Positions 1 through 8,271 of a stretch of DNA of 22,064 nt are shown in pieces (within the stretch, counting starts at the first letter, position 1; every line of letters starts with the position of its first letter). The DNA is from Myxococcales bacterium. GTDB lineage: Bacteria > Myxococcota_A > UBA9042. A model generated the notes under the pieces. That model was given only the letters and a program-made list of their open reading frames with translations, was not told the DNA's origin and did no database searches. The stretch lies in the NCBI GenBank assembly GCA_037441385.1, contig JBBISH010000106.1, forward strand, positions 1 through 22,064, given 5' to 3'. The translations under genes and the position numbers were made by a program.

Positions 1-98
1 ATTCTTCGGGCCCGAACCGGGGTCCCCGCCTGATTCTCGCCGGTTGCAGACCGGGTCAGAGGAACCGTACAGGCGTGAATCAGACGGGGTTCGTATTA
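1..98 (+). mobile_element. Family B MITE-like element, copy 1 (left part cut off by the window edge); ends ...GGGGTTCGTA followed by TTA
   Basis: 1-69 matches 21996-22064 with 2 mismatches and aligns without gaps to the reverse complement of 20064-20161. The flanking TTA (96-98) is the TAA stop codon of the minus-strand gene. Confidence 0.85.
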
Positions 99-3000
99 GT
101 TCCCGCACTTGGCGGCCTTGTCCAGGCAGCAGTCGCCGTTTTGGCTGCAGTAGCCGTCGCACCAGCACACGCCCGCGGTCGACTGGCTGCCGCAGGCGCC
201 GGTGCACGAACCGCCGCACTTGCCGCCAAAGTCCGAGCAGCAGTCGCCGACCGCGGCGCACAGGGCGTCGCAATAGCAGGTGCCGTCTTTGGATTTGCCG
301 CCGCAGGCGCCGCCGCACGAGCCCGCGCCAGGGGTGACGCAGATGCCGGCCGCGCTGGGATCGGGCGTGGCGCAGAACTCGCTGCTGTTGCAGGCCAAGG
401 CCGTGTTCCAGGCGCCCGCGGTGGTGGTGCTGGTGCTGCAGGTCGAAGACGAACCGCCGCAAGTGCCCTTGATGTCGCGCTTTTGCATGATGCCGCCGGC
501 GCTGGTCTTGCTGCACTGGTACTCGCTCTTGACCACCGCGCCGCACGCCGTGCCCTTGGCGGCCCAGGTGCCGTTGTCCGCGCAACAGCTGGTAGTCGGG
601 TCGCACTGCGGCGTGGTGCTGCCACCAAAGGCGAGCTTGACCGCCACTTGCTGGCAGCCCGAGCCGGTCTTGTTCTTGACGTTGAAGTGCACGTAGCCGT
701 CTTCGTTCATCGTGCCCGGCGCGTTGACCGAAAACGCGAGCGTGCCGCTGGTGGCGTCCATGCAGCAACCGTTGGGGTCGACCGTGCTGACCGCCGGGTT
801 GATGTAGCTGGTGCTGCCGCTGGGGCAGGTGATGGGGTCGCAATCGGTGCCGTTGGGCCCGGCGAGGCACTGGTAGTAGGCACAGACGGTGACCGGCTTG
901 GTCGCGGTCCAAGTGACCGACACGGTGGGGTCATTCATGTTGAAGTCGTCGGTGATCTTGTACTTGAAGAAGTCCTTGTCGGTGTCGGACGCCAGGGCCA
1001 CCTTGGGCGCCATCCATTGCGCGGCGGCAGAGTCCGAGAATGTGCCCAGATCCTTGGGCGCGCTCAGGCTGGTGGTGCCGTAGTTGGGGTCGGTGCTGCC
1101 GCACAGGTCGGCGGGCGGGGTCTGGCAGGTGGGCGGCACCGTGGCGCTGGCCCCGGCGACGCACAGCTGGCTGGAGCCGCAGGTCTGGTAGCTGCTCCAG
1201 CCGGACCACACCAGGCTGCTGGTCGCCGTGGAGCAGGTGGCGCTGCTGCCCGAGCAACCGCCATAGCCCTTGCGGACTTGCGCCGAGGCGCCCAGGCCGG
1301 TGCCCGAGCACTTGTACTCCAGCTGCGCAGCTTTGGTGCCGCAGGCGGTGCCGGCCGCGGCCCAGGTGCCGGTAGAGGTGCAGCAGGTGCTGCCGGCGGC
1401 GCAGACTGAGACGGTCTTGCAGGTGCCGGGCTGGTCTACGGCGGTCACGTTGCACACCTCGTTGGCGGCGCAGGTCTGGATGGGGGCCCAGTCGCTCCAG
1501 GCGTAGTTGGCGGCCGCGGTCGAGCAGGTGGTGCTGGTGCCCAGGCAGCCCTGAACCGCCTTGCGCTGCAGGATCTTGCCGCCCTGGGCGGTGCTGTCGC
1601 ACTTGTACTCGGCGGCGACGGTGGTGGTGCCGCAGGCGGTGCCCTGGGCGGCGAAATTGCCGTCGGCGGTGCAGCACTTGCTGCCCGGCGTGCAGGGGGT
1701 GGCCGCAGCGACGCCCATGGTCGCGGTCAAGCTGACCTGCTGGCACTTGCCGGCGGTGTTGGTGACGGACACGTAGACCGTGCCGGTGGCGTCGGTGCCG
1801 GTCGACGGCGCGGGGTTCCAGGTCAAGGTGCCGGTCTGGCCGGTCATGCAGCAGCCGTTGCCGGCGACGCCGCTGACGTCGGCGTTGCTGTCCGAGGTCG
1901 AGCCGCTGGGGCAGATCACCGCCTTGCAGGTGTTGCCGCCGGCGCCCGCGCTGCAGGCGTAGTAGGCGCAGACCTTGGCCGTGCCGGCGCCGCTCCAGGT
2001 CAGCTTGACGGTGGGGGCCTTGGTGTTGGCGCCGTCGGTGATGGTGTAGCGGACGAAGTCGACGTCGTCGTTGCCGCCCATCAGCAGCTGCGGGTTCAGG
2101 GTCAGGTCGGCGGCGTCATCGGCAAAAGTGCCCAGGTTGTATGCGGTCTTGGCGGTGGTGCCCACTTCGTACTTGTCGGCTTGGCCGCACAGCGGGTCGG
2201 CGCCGGCCTTGCAGGTGCCGGCCACGGTTGGGTCCGTGACCTCGCAAGTGGTGTTTGCGCCGCAGGTTTTGAAGGGCGCCCAGGCGGTCCAGCTGTAGTT
2301 GCTGGCCGAGGTGGAGCACGTGTTGGACTTGCCGGTGCAGCCCTGGGTGGCGGTGCGGGTCTGGACGACGGTGCCATCGGTGCTGCACGAGTACTCGGTG
2401 GCTTTGACGGCGGTGTCGCACGAGGTGCCCTGCGGCTGGATCTTGCCGGTGGTGGCGTTGCAGCAGACGCCGGTGGTGCAGGTGCAGGTGCTGGTCAGCG
2501 ACCAGGCGGTCTGGCTCTTGGTGGGCTGGCAGGTCAGGCAGCCGTCGGTGGGGTGCTTGGCGCCCGAGGCCAGGCAGGTGTTGTCGATGTAGCAGTTGTT
2601 GTCGGCCACACCCAGGCCGCAGGCGCCGGTGCTGGGGTCGCACACGCCCACCTGGCAGGTGGCGCCGCCGGGGCATTTCTTGGGCAGGTTGCTGCAGGTG
2701 GCGTTCACGCAACCGTCGTCGGTGCAAGGATCTTTGTCGTCGCAGTCGGCGTCTTTGCTGCAGGGGCCGATGGCGGACTCGCAGGTGGGCGGCGCTCCGG
2801 CGTTCTGCACACACTTTTGGATGGCGGTGCAGGTGGCCAAGGTCTTCCAGGCGGTCCAGCTCAGCCCTTCGGCGGTCTTGAGGCAGCCGATGCCGGTCTT
2901 GCCGTCGCAGCCGGGCAGGCCGTCGCGCTTCTGGGCCAGGTTGCCGTTGCAGGCATAGTCGACCTGGATCGCGGTGCTGCCGCAGGCGGTGCCGGCCGCT

Positions 3001-4088
3001 TTGATGGTGTGACTGGCCAGGTCGCAGCAGGTGCCCACGGTGCAGCAGTTGGTCTTGGGCGCAAACGAGCAGATGCCCGTGGTCGCGTTGCAGGTGCCGC
3101 CCGAGCAGGGGTCGGTGGCGCCGCAGTCGGCGTCGGTCTTGCAGCAGCCGGCCTTGGCGGTGCCCACGCAAGTGCCCTTGGCGTCGCAGGCATCGCCGCT
3201 GGTGCACGACAGGCCGTCGTCGCAGGCCGTGCCGGTCTTGGGCGTCCAGGCGTCTTGGGCCTTGCTGGGGTCGCAGGTCATGCAGGTGTTGTCGTCCAGC
3301 TCGCCGGCGATGTGGCAAGTGCCCTCGATGGCGCAGAACCCGGTCTGGATCTTGCTGGCGCAGGCGCCGGTCTTGCTGTCGCAGCTGTCGGTGGTGCAGG
3401 CCAGGCCATCGTCGCAGGTCTTGGCGGTGTGGCCACACCCGGAGCTAGTGCACTTGTCGGTCGTGCAAGCGTCAAAGTCATTGCAGTCGGTGTCGGCCTT
3501 GCAGCAGGCGCCGGTGCCGACGTGCTTGCAGGTGCCGCTGGCGCACGAGTCGGTGGTGCACGGATCGAAGTCGTCGCAATCCTTGTCGACCTTGCAGCCT
3601 GCGCTGGCGGCGCACAGGGTGGCGTAGTCGTCGCAGCAGTCGCCCGAGTCGGTGCAGTAGCTGTCGCACTGGCAAGGGGCTTTGGCGTCGTACTTGTCGC
3701 AGCGGTCCTTGCACGAGGCGGCGACCACCACGCTGTCGCTGCCGTCGGCCTTGGTGTCGACCTTGACGTCGGGTTCGATCGTCGTGTCAGCCACTTCGAT
3801 GATCTGCACGTCGACGGGCTCGGTCGTGTCCTTGGCGCTGGTGTCGGTGGAGCCGCCGGTGTCGGTCGTGCCGCCCGTGTCGCCGGGCTTGGAGGTGTCG
3901 CCGGGCTTGGCGCTGTCGTTGCTCTTGCCGTCGCCAAACGAGGTGTTGACGTCCTGGCCCGCGCTGTCTTGGACGGCTGCGGTGCCGGGCGACTGCGCGG
4001 GATCGCCGCAGGCGCAAGCCAGGGTGACCCAAAGCGCCGCAGCGGTGGCAAGGCGGAAGTGCTGGGCACGAATCGGAAGACGCAACAT
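96..4088 (-). CDS. Large Cys-rich secreted/lipoprotein (~1330 aa): three somatomedin B-like modules, CDDxxxCTxDxC repeats, five ~80-aa CC...WxxW repeats and two PPC-like beta-sandwich modules
   Basis: Long ORF with GC-rich codon usage. ATG at 4088 is preceded by GAGG and followed by a hydrophobic signal with lipobox-like LACAC. Motifs SCKDRC..CQCDSYC..GDCCDDY..C, CYCDALC..GDCCSDF and CWCDGYC..GDCCLD are visible. Confidence 0.9.
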   Translation of the reverse strand: MLRLPIRAQHFRLATAAALWVTLACACGDPAQSPGTAAVQDSAGQDVNTSFGDGKSNDSAKPGDTSKPGDTGGTTDTGGSTDTSAKDTTEPVDVQIIEVADTTIEPDVKVDTKADGSDSVVVAASCKDRCDKYDAKAPCQCDSYCTDSGDCCDDYATLCAASAGCKVDKDCDDFDPCTTDSCASGTCKHVGTGACCKADTDCNDFDACTTDKCTSSGCGHTAKTCDDGLACTTDSCDSKTGACASKIQTGFCAIEGTCHIAGELDDNTCMTCDPSKAQDAWTPKTGTACDDGLSCTSGDACDAKGTCVGTAKAGCCKTDADCGATDPCSGGTCNATTGICSFAPKTNCCTVGTCCDLASHTIKAAGTACGSTAIQVDYACNGNLAQKRDGLPGCDGKTGIGCLKTAEGLSWTAWKTLATCTAIQKCVQNAGAPPTCESAIGPCSKDADCDDKDPCTDDGCVNATCSNLPKKCPGGATCQVGVCDPSTGACGLGVADNNCYIDNTCLASGAKHPTDGCLTCQPTKSQTAWSLTSTCTCTTGVCCNATTGKIQPQGTSCDTAVKATEYSCSTDGTVVQTRTATQGCTGKSNTCSTSASNYSWTAWAPFKTCGANTTCEVTDPTVAGTCKAGADPLCGQADKYEVGTTAKTAYNLGTFADDAADLTLNPQLLMGGNDDVDFVRYTITDGANTKAPTVKLTWSGAGTAKVCAYYACSAGAGGNTCKAVICPSGSTSDSNADVSGVAGNGCCMTGQTGTLTWNPAPSTGTDATGTVYVSVTNTAGKCQQVSLTATMGVAAATPCTPGSKCCTADGNFAAQGTACGTTTVAAEYKCDSTAQGGKILQRKAVQGCLGTSTTCSTAAANYAWSDWAPIQTCAANEVCNVTAVDQPGTCKTVSVCAAGSTCCTSTGTWAAAGTACGTKAAQLEYKCSGTGLGASAQVRKGYGGCSGSSATCSTATSSLVWSGWSSYQTCGSSQLCVAGASATVPPTCQTPPADLCGSTDPNYGTTSLSAPKDLGTFSDSAAAQWMAPKVALASDTDKDFFKYKITDDFNMNDPTVSVTWTATKPVTVCAYYQCLAGPNGTDCDPITCPSGSTSYINPAVSTVDPNGCCMDATSGTLAFSVNAPGTMNEDGYVHFNVKNKTGSGCQQVAVKLAFGGSTTPQCDPTTSCCADNGTWAAKGTACGAVVKSEYQCSKTSAGGIMQKRDIKGTCGGSSSTCSTSTTTAGAWNTALACNSSEFCATPDPSAAGICVTPGAGSCGGACGGKSKDGTCYCDALCAAVGDCCSDFGGKCGGSCTGACGSQSTAGVCWCDGYCSQNGDCCLDKAAKCGN

Positions 4089-4200
4089 GAAGGCCTCTTT
4101 GCAGACGGGCGGGGCAGGCGAGCCCCGCAGCATGCTGCGCTGCGGGGCGGCGGATCGCAATCGCAATTTGCGGCGCTGTGTCACGGCGAGGTGGCGAGAC

Positions 4201-4219
4201 TCATACGGGGTTCGTATCA
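4201..4219 (+). repeat. Minimal family B derivative: TCA-TACGGGGTTCGTA-TCA
   Basis: ACGGGGTTCGTA is identical to the family B right end (84-95). The 13-bp core starts with TAC and is flanked by a direct TCA/TCA repeat. Confidence 0.5.
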
Positions 4220-4366
4220 GGCGGGGTTCGCTGGGCACCACACGCAGCCGTGACATTCGCGCTAGCCGCATCACTTGGCGGGCATGGACCGGTTGTCTAG
4301 ACTGCTCGCGGCTGGTGGGGCCGGACCGCGCGTGCGCGGATTGGCCGCCAATTGCGGGGGCAACAA

Positions 4367-6943
4367 ATGAACAGGACTGTGCTATCTGGATGGATGGCCG
4401 CGCTGGCCATCGCCGGTTGTGGTACGCCGACCTCGACGTCGAGCACCTGGAGCACCGTGACCGGCGACGCCACGGCAGACGGTGGCGACAGCACGGTCGC
4501 GGCGGCCGACGGCGAAGACATCAAGCAGGTCGAAATCATCGTCTACAAGCCCGATGCGAGCGCCGAGACCGCCGAGGCCGATGCCCCGCTTGTGGATGCG
4601 CCGGAGCCCGACACCGCCGCGCCCGACACCGCCGCGCCCGACACCGCCGCGCCCGACGCCGCAGACCCCGATGCCGTTGCACTCGATATCGCCGCCCCCG
4701 ACACGGCTGCGCCCGACACGGCCGACGACGCGGTGGCCCAGCCGTGCGCGGTCAACTGCAACGACGGCGATCCGTGCACCATCGACCTGTGCCAAGGCAG
4801 CAGCTGCAGCCACAGCCCGGCGCCGGCGTGCGGGCCGGCCAGCCCCTGCAGCGGCAGCAAGGACTGTGCCAAGGGCTTGGTGTGCAACACGGCGAGCCAC
4901 ACCTGCGTGGTCTGCAGCGAGAATGCGGACTGCGGCAGCGGCGCCTGGTGCGACCAAGGCCAGTGCCACAGCGCGGTCGCGTGCAAGTCCGACACCGACT
5001 GCAAGGCGGCCAAACAAGTCTGCAACAAAAGTGCGGGTGTGTGCGTCGCCTGCCTGAGCAGCAACGACTGCGCCGCCAACGAGGCGTGCAAGAATTTTGC
5101 CTGTCTGCCCGTCAAGGCGTGCAAGTCCAGCCTGGACTGCCCGCAGGTTTGCGACGCGGTGCAGGGCGTTTGCGTGGCGTGCGCCACTTCGGATGATTGC
5201 CCGGCGGGCAAGTTCTGTAGCAACAATCAGTGTTTGCCGGATGTGTGCAGTGCTCCGGGCTGTGCCGGTGGCGCCGCGTTCACCTGCAACAGTGACGGCG
5301 GCGGCTATGCGGCCGGGCAGAGCTGCGACGACGGCAGCCCCTGCACCAACGACACCTGCCAAGCCGGCATCTGCACCTGGATCGCCGCCGGCCTGGGCAA
5401 CTGCGACGATGGCAATGCCTGCACCAGCGGCGACTCGTGCGCGGGCGGCAAGTGCGCCGGGACCGTCGTGAACTGCGACGACAAAAACCCTTGCACGGCG
5501 GATAGCTGCGACCCCAAGCAGGGCTGCCAGCACGCCGCGGCCGCGGGAACCTGCGACGACGGCGACTCGTGCACCACCGCCGACACCTGCACGGCCGGCA
5601 AGTGCGCCGGCACCCCCAAGGTCTGCGACGACAGCAACGAATGCACCGACGACTCGTGCAAATTCGGCGTCTGCGTCTTTACCAACAATAGCGCCCCGTG
5701 TGGCTCCAGCAGCACGTGCAGCGTCTGTTCGGGCGGCAAGTGCACGGCGGGCCTGAGCAAAGGCGCCAACATGGTGGTGGGTCCCGGCTTTGAGGTGCGC
5801 TCGGCCTTGCCGATCGCCGGCGGCGGCTACAGTGGTGCGGGTTCGGTCCAGCTCGACGTGGCCAGCGGCGGTCACGGCGGCAGCGACGGCTGGCTCGTCC
5901 TTGTCTCACCATCGGGCTACCCCACCGGCTCGTTCGCCTACGGCGGGCCCGGTAACGACCGCTTTGACGGCCACTTGGCCACTCAGGGTGGCTACTTGCT
6001 CTACGGCAGCGTCGCGGCGGGCACTAGCAGCGCCGGATACCTGGTCCGCACCAAGGCTGACGGCAAGAGCCTGTGGGAGTGCGTCTTTCCCGACGGGGAC
6101 CAAGCGGTCGAGGGCCACCGCGCCGTAGCCGTAGCCAAGGGCTGGGTCCTTGGCGGCACCGTCTATGCCAGCACCCTGCAAGGCTGGCTGGGCGGCGTTG
6201 ACGCCAATGGTGGCAAGCTGTGGAGCGTAGCCGTGCCCGCCATGACCGGGGTGGGCGGCCTGGCCGTGTGGCCCGACGGCAGCCTGGCGGTGGCGGGATT
6301 GGGCTCGGGCGGCAACTTGGTGGTCGCCCACGTGTCGGCGGACGGCGCAATCTTGGGGAGCACCGCCGTCTTGGCCGCGACCGCCATCGCGGACGCCACG
6401 CTGAGCGTGGCCGGCGAGTTGGTGGTGTACGGCAGCTACACCAGCGGCGGCGGCGGTCTGGCGGCCTTTGACAGCGGCGGCAAGTCGCTGTGGAGCAAGA
6501 GCTTCCCCGTCGCTGATCTGGAGTCGCTTGGGCGCGTCACCGCAGGTCCAAACGGTGGCTTTGTGGTGAGCGCCACGGTCAAGACCAGCTCGGGCGGGCT
6601 CGACGGCTGGCTGGCGGGCCTGGACGCGGGCGGCGCGCTCGCCTGGTCGCACAACTACGGCGGGTTGAGCGACGACCCGTTCTACGGCGTGACGAACGTG
6701 GCCGGTCGTCTGTACGTTGCAGGCAGCACCAAGCTGCTCAGCGCGACCGCCAACGCCTGGATATTCGACCTGAACGAGGTGGGCATGATGGGCTGCAAGT
6801 GCACCAGCGATCCGGGCTGCGCCGACGCGAACGCCTGCACCTACGAGTTCTGCAATCTGGGCCTGTGCTACTCGTTCAACAACGCCGCGGGCACGGCGTG
6901 CGGCACGGGCGGCAAGTGCGACGCCAATGGCGTTTGCAAGTAG
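4367..6943 (+). CDS. Cys-rich lipoprotein (~858 aa): acidic PDTAA linker, many Cys repeats and a C-terminal beta-propeller-like region
   Basis: ATG at 4367, signal ending in lipobox IAGC, repeated CDDGxxCTxDxC motifs, and repeated 'W(L/V)xxxDxxGxxxW' blade-like motifs in the C-terminal half. Confidence 0.9.
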   Translation: MNRTVLSGWMAALAIAGCGTPTSTSSTWSTVTGDATADGGDSTVAAADGEDIKQVEIIVYKPDASAETAEADAPLVDAPEPDTAAPDTAAPDTAAPDAADPDAVALDIAAPDTAAPDTADDAVAQPCAVNCNDGDPCTIDLCQGSSCSHSPAPACGPASPCSGSKDCAKGLVCNTASHTCVVCSENADCGSGAWCDQGQCHSAVACKSDTDCKAAKQVCNKSAGVCVACLSSNDCAANEACKNFACLPVKACKSSLDCPQVCDAVQGVCVACATSDDCPAGKFCSNNQCLPDVCSAPGCAGGAAFTCNSDGGGYAAGQSCDDGSPCTNDTCQAGICTWIAAGLGNCDDGNACTSGDSCAGGKCAGTVVNCDDKNPCTADSCDPKQGCQHAAAAGTCDDGDSCTTADTCTAGKCAGTPKVCDDSNECTDDSCKFGVCVFTNNSAPCGSSSTCSVCSGGKCTAGLSKGANMVVGPGFEVRSALPIAGGGYSGAGSVQLDVASGGHGGSDGWLVLVSPSGYPTGSFAYGGPGNDRFDGHLATQGGYLLYGSVAAGTSSAGYLVRTKADGKSLWECVFPDGDQAVEGHRAVAVAKGWVLGGTVYASTLQGWLGGVDANGGKLWSVAVPAMTGVGGLAVWPDGSLAVAGLGSGGNLVVAHVSADGAILGSTAVLAATAIADATLSVAGELVVYGSYTSGGGGLAAFDSGGKSLWSKSFPVADLESLGRVTAGPNGGFVVSATVKTSSGGLDGWLAGLDAGGALAWSHNYGGLSDDPFYGVTNVAGRLYVAGSTKLLSATANAWIFDLNEVGMMGCKCTSDPGCADANACTYEFCNLGLCYSFNNAAGTACGTGGKCDANGVCK
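4606..4725 (+). repeat. In-frame 15-bp tandem repeat, 8 units (PDTAA-like)
   Basis: GCCCGACACCGCCGC occurs three times exactly (4606-4650), followed by five degenerate units. Confidence 0.9.
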
Positions 6944-6974
6944 GCGGGCGATCACCGGCTACCGCAAGATTGCG

Positions 6975-7255
6975 CCCGCCTTACCGGATAACTGCTAGCA
7001 CCCTAAGTGTATTGGAAACCTGTGCGAACCGCGGCACTTGGCCCTCACCCCGCCGCCTGCGGCGGCAGCCCCGCTCTCCCGGCGCCGCTGGCGCCACTCG
7101 TTCGCATCGCTCACCGCGGGGATTCCAACGCTGTGGGCGAGGGGCAATGCAATTTCCCTTTACTCCTCGCCCACTTCAGTGGGAGAGGGGTCGGCCGTAG
7201 GCCGGGGGTGAGGGCCATTCGACGCGGCGGCAGAGTAGGCAACCGGCAAGGCAGG
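6975..7255. mobile_element. Family A MITE, copy 1 (281 bp)
   Basis: Ends CCCGCCTTACCGG...CCGGCAAGGCAGG, flanked by AGATTGCG (6967-6974) and AAATTGCG (7256-7263), a 7/8 TSD match. Highly similar to 15436-15719. Confidence 0.85.
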
Positions 7256-7265
7256 AAATTGCGGA

Positions 7266-7390
7266 CCTGCGCCTGAACCTGAACCAGGGGCCCCCACGTG
7301 CCCGAAGGGATGGGCGAGTCCAGTGGACTCGGCCAAGTGGGGACCTGAACCCGAACCTGACCCTGACCCTGACCCTGAACCGTACCCGAT
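7266..7390 (+). repeat. Hexamer tandem tracts (CCTGAA/CCTGAC) flanking a hairpin
   Basis: CCTGCG CCTGAA CCTGAA on the left and ~8 units at 7344-7390 on the right. The centre has CCCCAC...GTGGGG arms and a CGAGTCCA-G-TGGACTCG stem. Confidence 0.8.
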
Positions 7391-7512
7391 CCTACACAAC
7401 CACGGGTACGAGCGGGCCTCTGGCCCGCGACCTCTCCGTCCCCTGGCCAAGCCCCGCGCCCCGTGCTACCACGCCACCAACGGCCGCAGCCCACGCGGCC
7501 CAAAGGCCGCCC

Positions 7513-8250
7513 ATGCCGCTCATGCCGCCCAACAGCTCCCGCAACGCCAACCCTCCCGTAGCCCTGGACCTGACCCGCCGCCAAGACGCCGACCCCGGCC
7601 TGCCCGCGCCCGTCGCCGACGCCCCACTGACCCCGGCCGAGGCCGCCCAGGTTGATCAGGCCGTGCGCACGGTCAACGCCATCCTGCTGCGCAAGAACCT
7701 GGAGATCGCCACCGAGCTGCACAGCTACGTCCTGGCCGAGTTTTTTGGCGGCGACTGGCAGGCCTTTGCCGACTGCCGGCCCGGCAACCTGCCGGCGTTC
7801 GACGCCTTTGCCACCAGTCCCAAGCTCCGGGTCGGCCGCGACATGCTGCGCGAGCTACTGCGGGTGGGCGAGCAAGTCCGGCACATGCCCGGCGCGCTGG
7901 CCAGCGAGCTGACCGTGGCCCACCATCGGGCGTTGCTGCCGGTGCTGGACCCTGACGAGCGCACCAGCCTGGCCGCCTTGGCCGTGCAAAAAGGGCTGAC
8001 CGCCGAGGAACTGGCGGCCAAGGTCCGCGAGGCCCACCCGCGCCCGCCGCGCAAAGCGGGCCGGCCGGCGCAGTTGCGCACGTTCAAGAAGCTGACCGCC
8101 ACGTTCAAGGCCGGCAAGCAAGTGGACCCGGTGCGGCTGGCCGCCGAGGTGGCGCGCTACACGCCGACGCAGCGGCAGACGGCGGCCGAGCGGGCGCGGG
8201 CGCTGATCGCCATGGCGCAGGCGGTGTTGGCGGCGCTGGAGGGGGCGTAG
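7513..8250 (+). CDS. Hypothetical helical protein, DUF1016/YhcG N-terminal-like (putative DNA binding), no nuclease domain visible
   Basis: 245-aa ORF with good codon bias. LTVAHHRALLPVLDPDERTSLAALAVQKGLTAEEL resembles the LSWSHYxxLLxVxDxxxRxxY..A....WSxREL signature, followed by a basic RKAGRP motif. Confidence 0.7.
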   Translation: MPLMPPNSSRNANPPVALDLTRRQDADPGLPAPVADAPLTPAEAAQVDQAVRTVNAILLRKNLEIATELHSYVLAEFFGGDWQAFADCRPGNLPAFDAFATSPKLRVGRDMLRELLRVGEQVRHMPGALASELTVAHHRALLPVLDPDERTSLAALAVQKGLTAEELAAKVREAHPRPPRKAGRPAQLRTFKKLTATFKAGKQVDPVRLAAEVARYTPTQRQTAAERARALIAMAQAVLAALEGA

Positions 8251-8271
8251 CTGGGCCAACTTGCGGTGGGG

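Noticed and set aside
4122..4148. GCCCCGCAGC/GCTGCGGGGC hairpin as a terminator or riboswitch
   Set aside because: The 10-bp stem is real, but it has no U-tract or recognisable aptamer, and such GC stems are common here.
4089..4274. Longer N-termini given by the ORF track (4274; also 4352, 8744, 15435, 18251)
   Set aside because: Downstream starts place a signal peptide at the N-terminus and mostly have an RBS. The longer extensions run through repeats or other genes.
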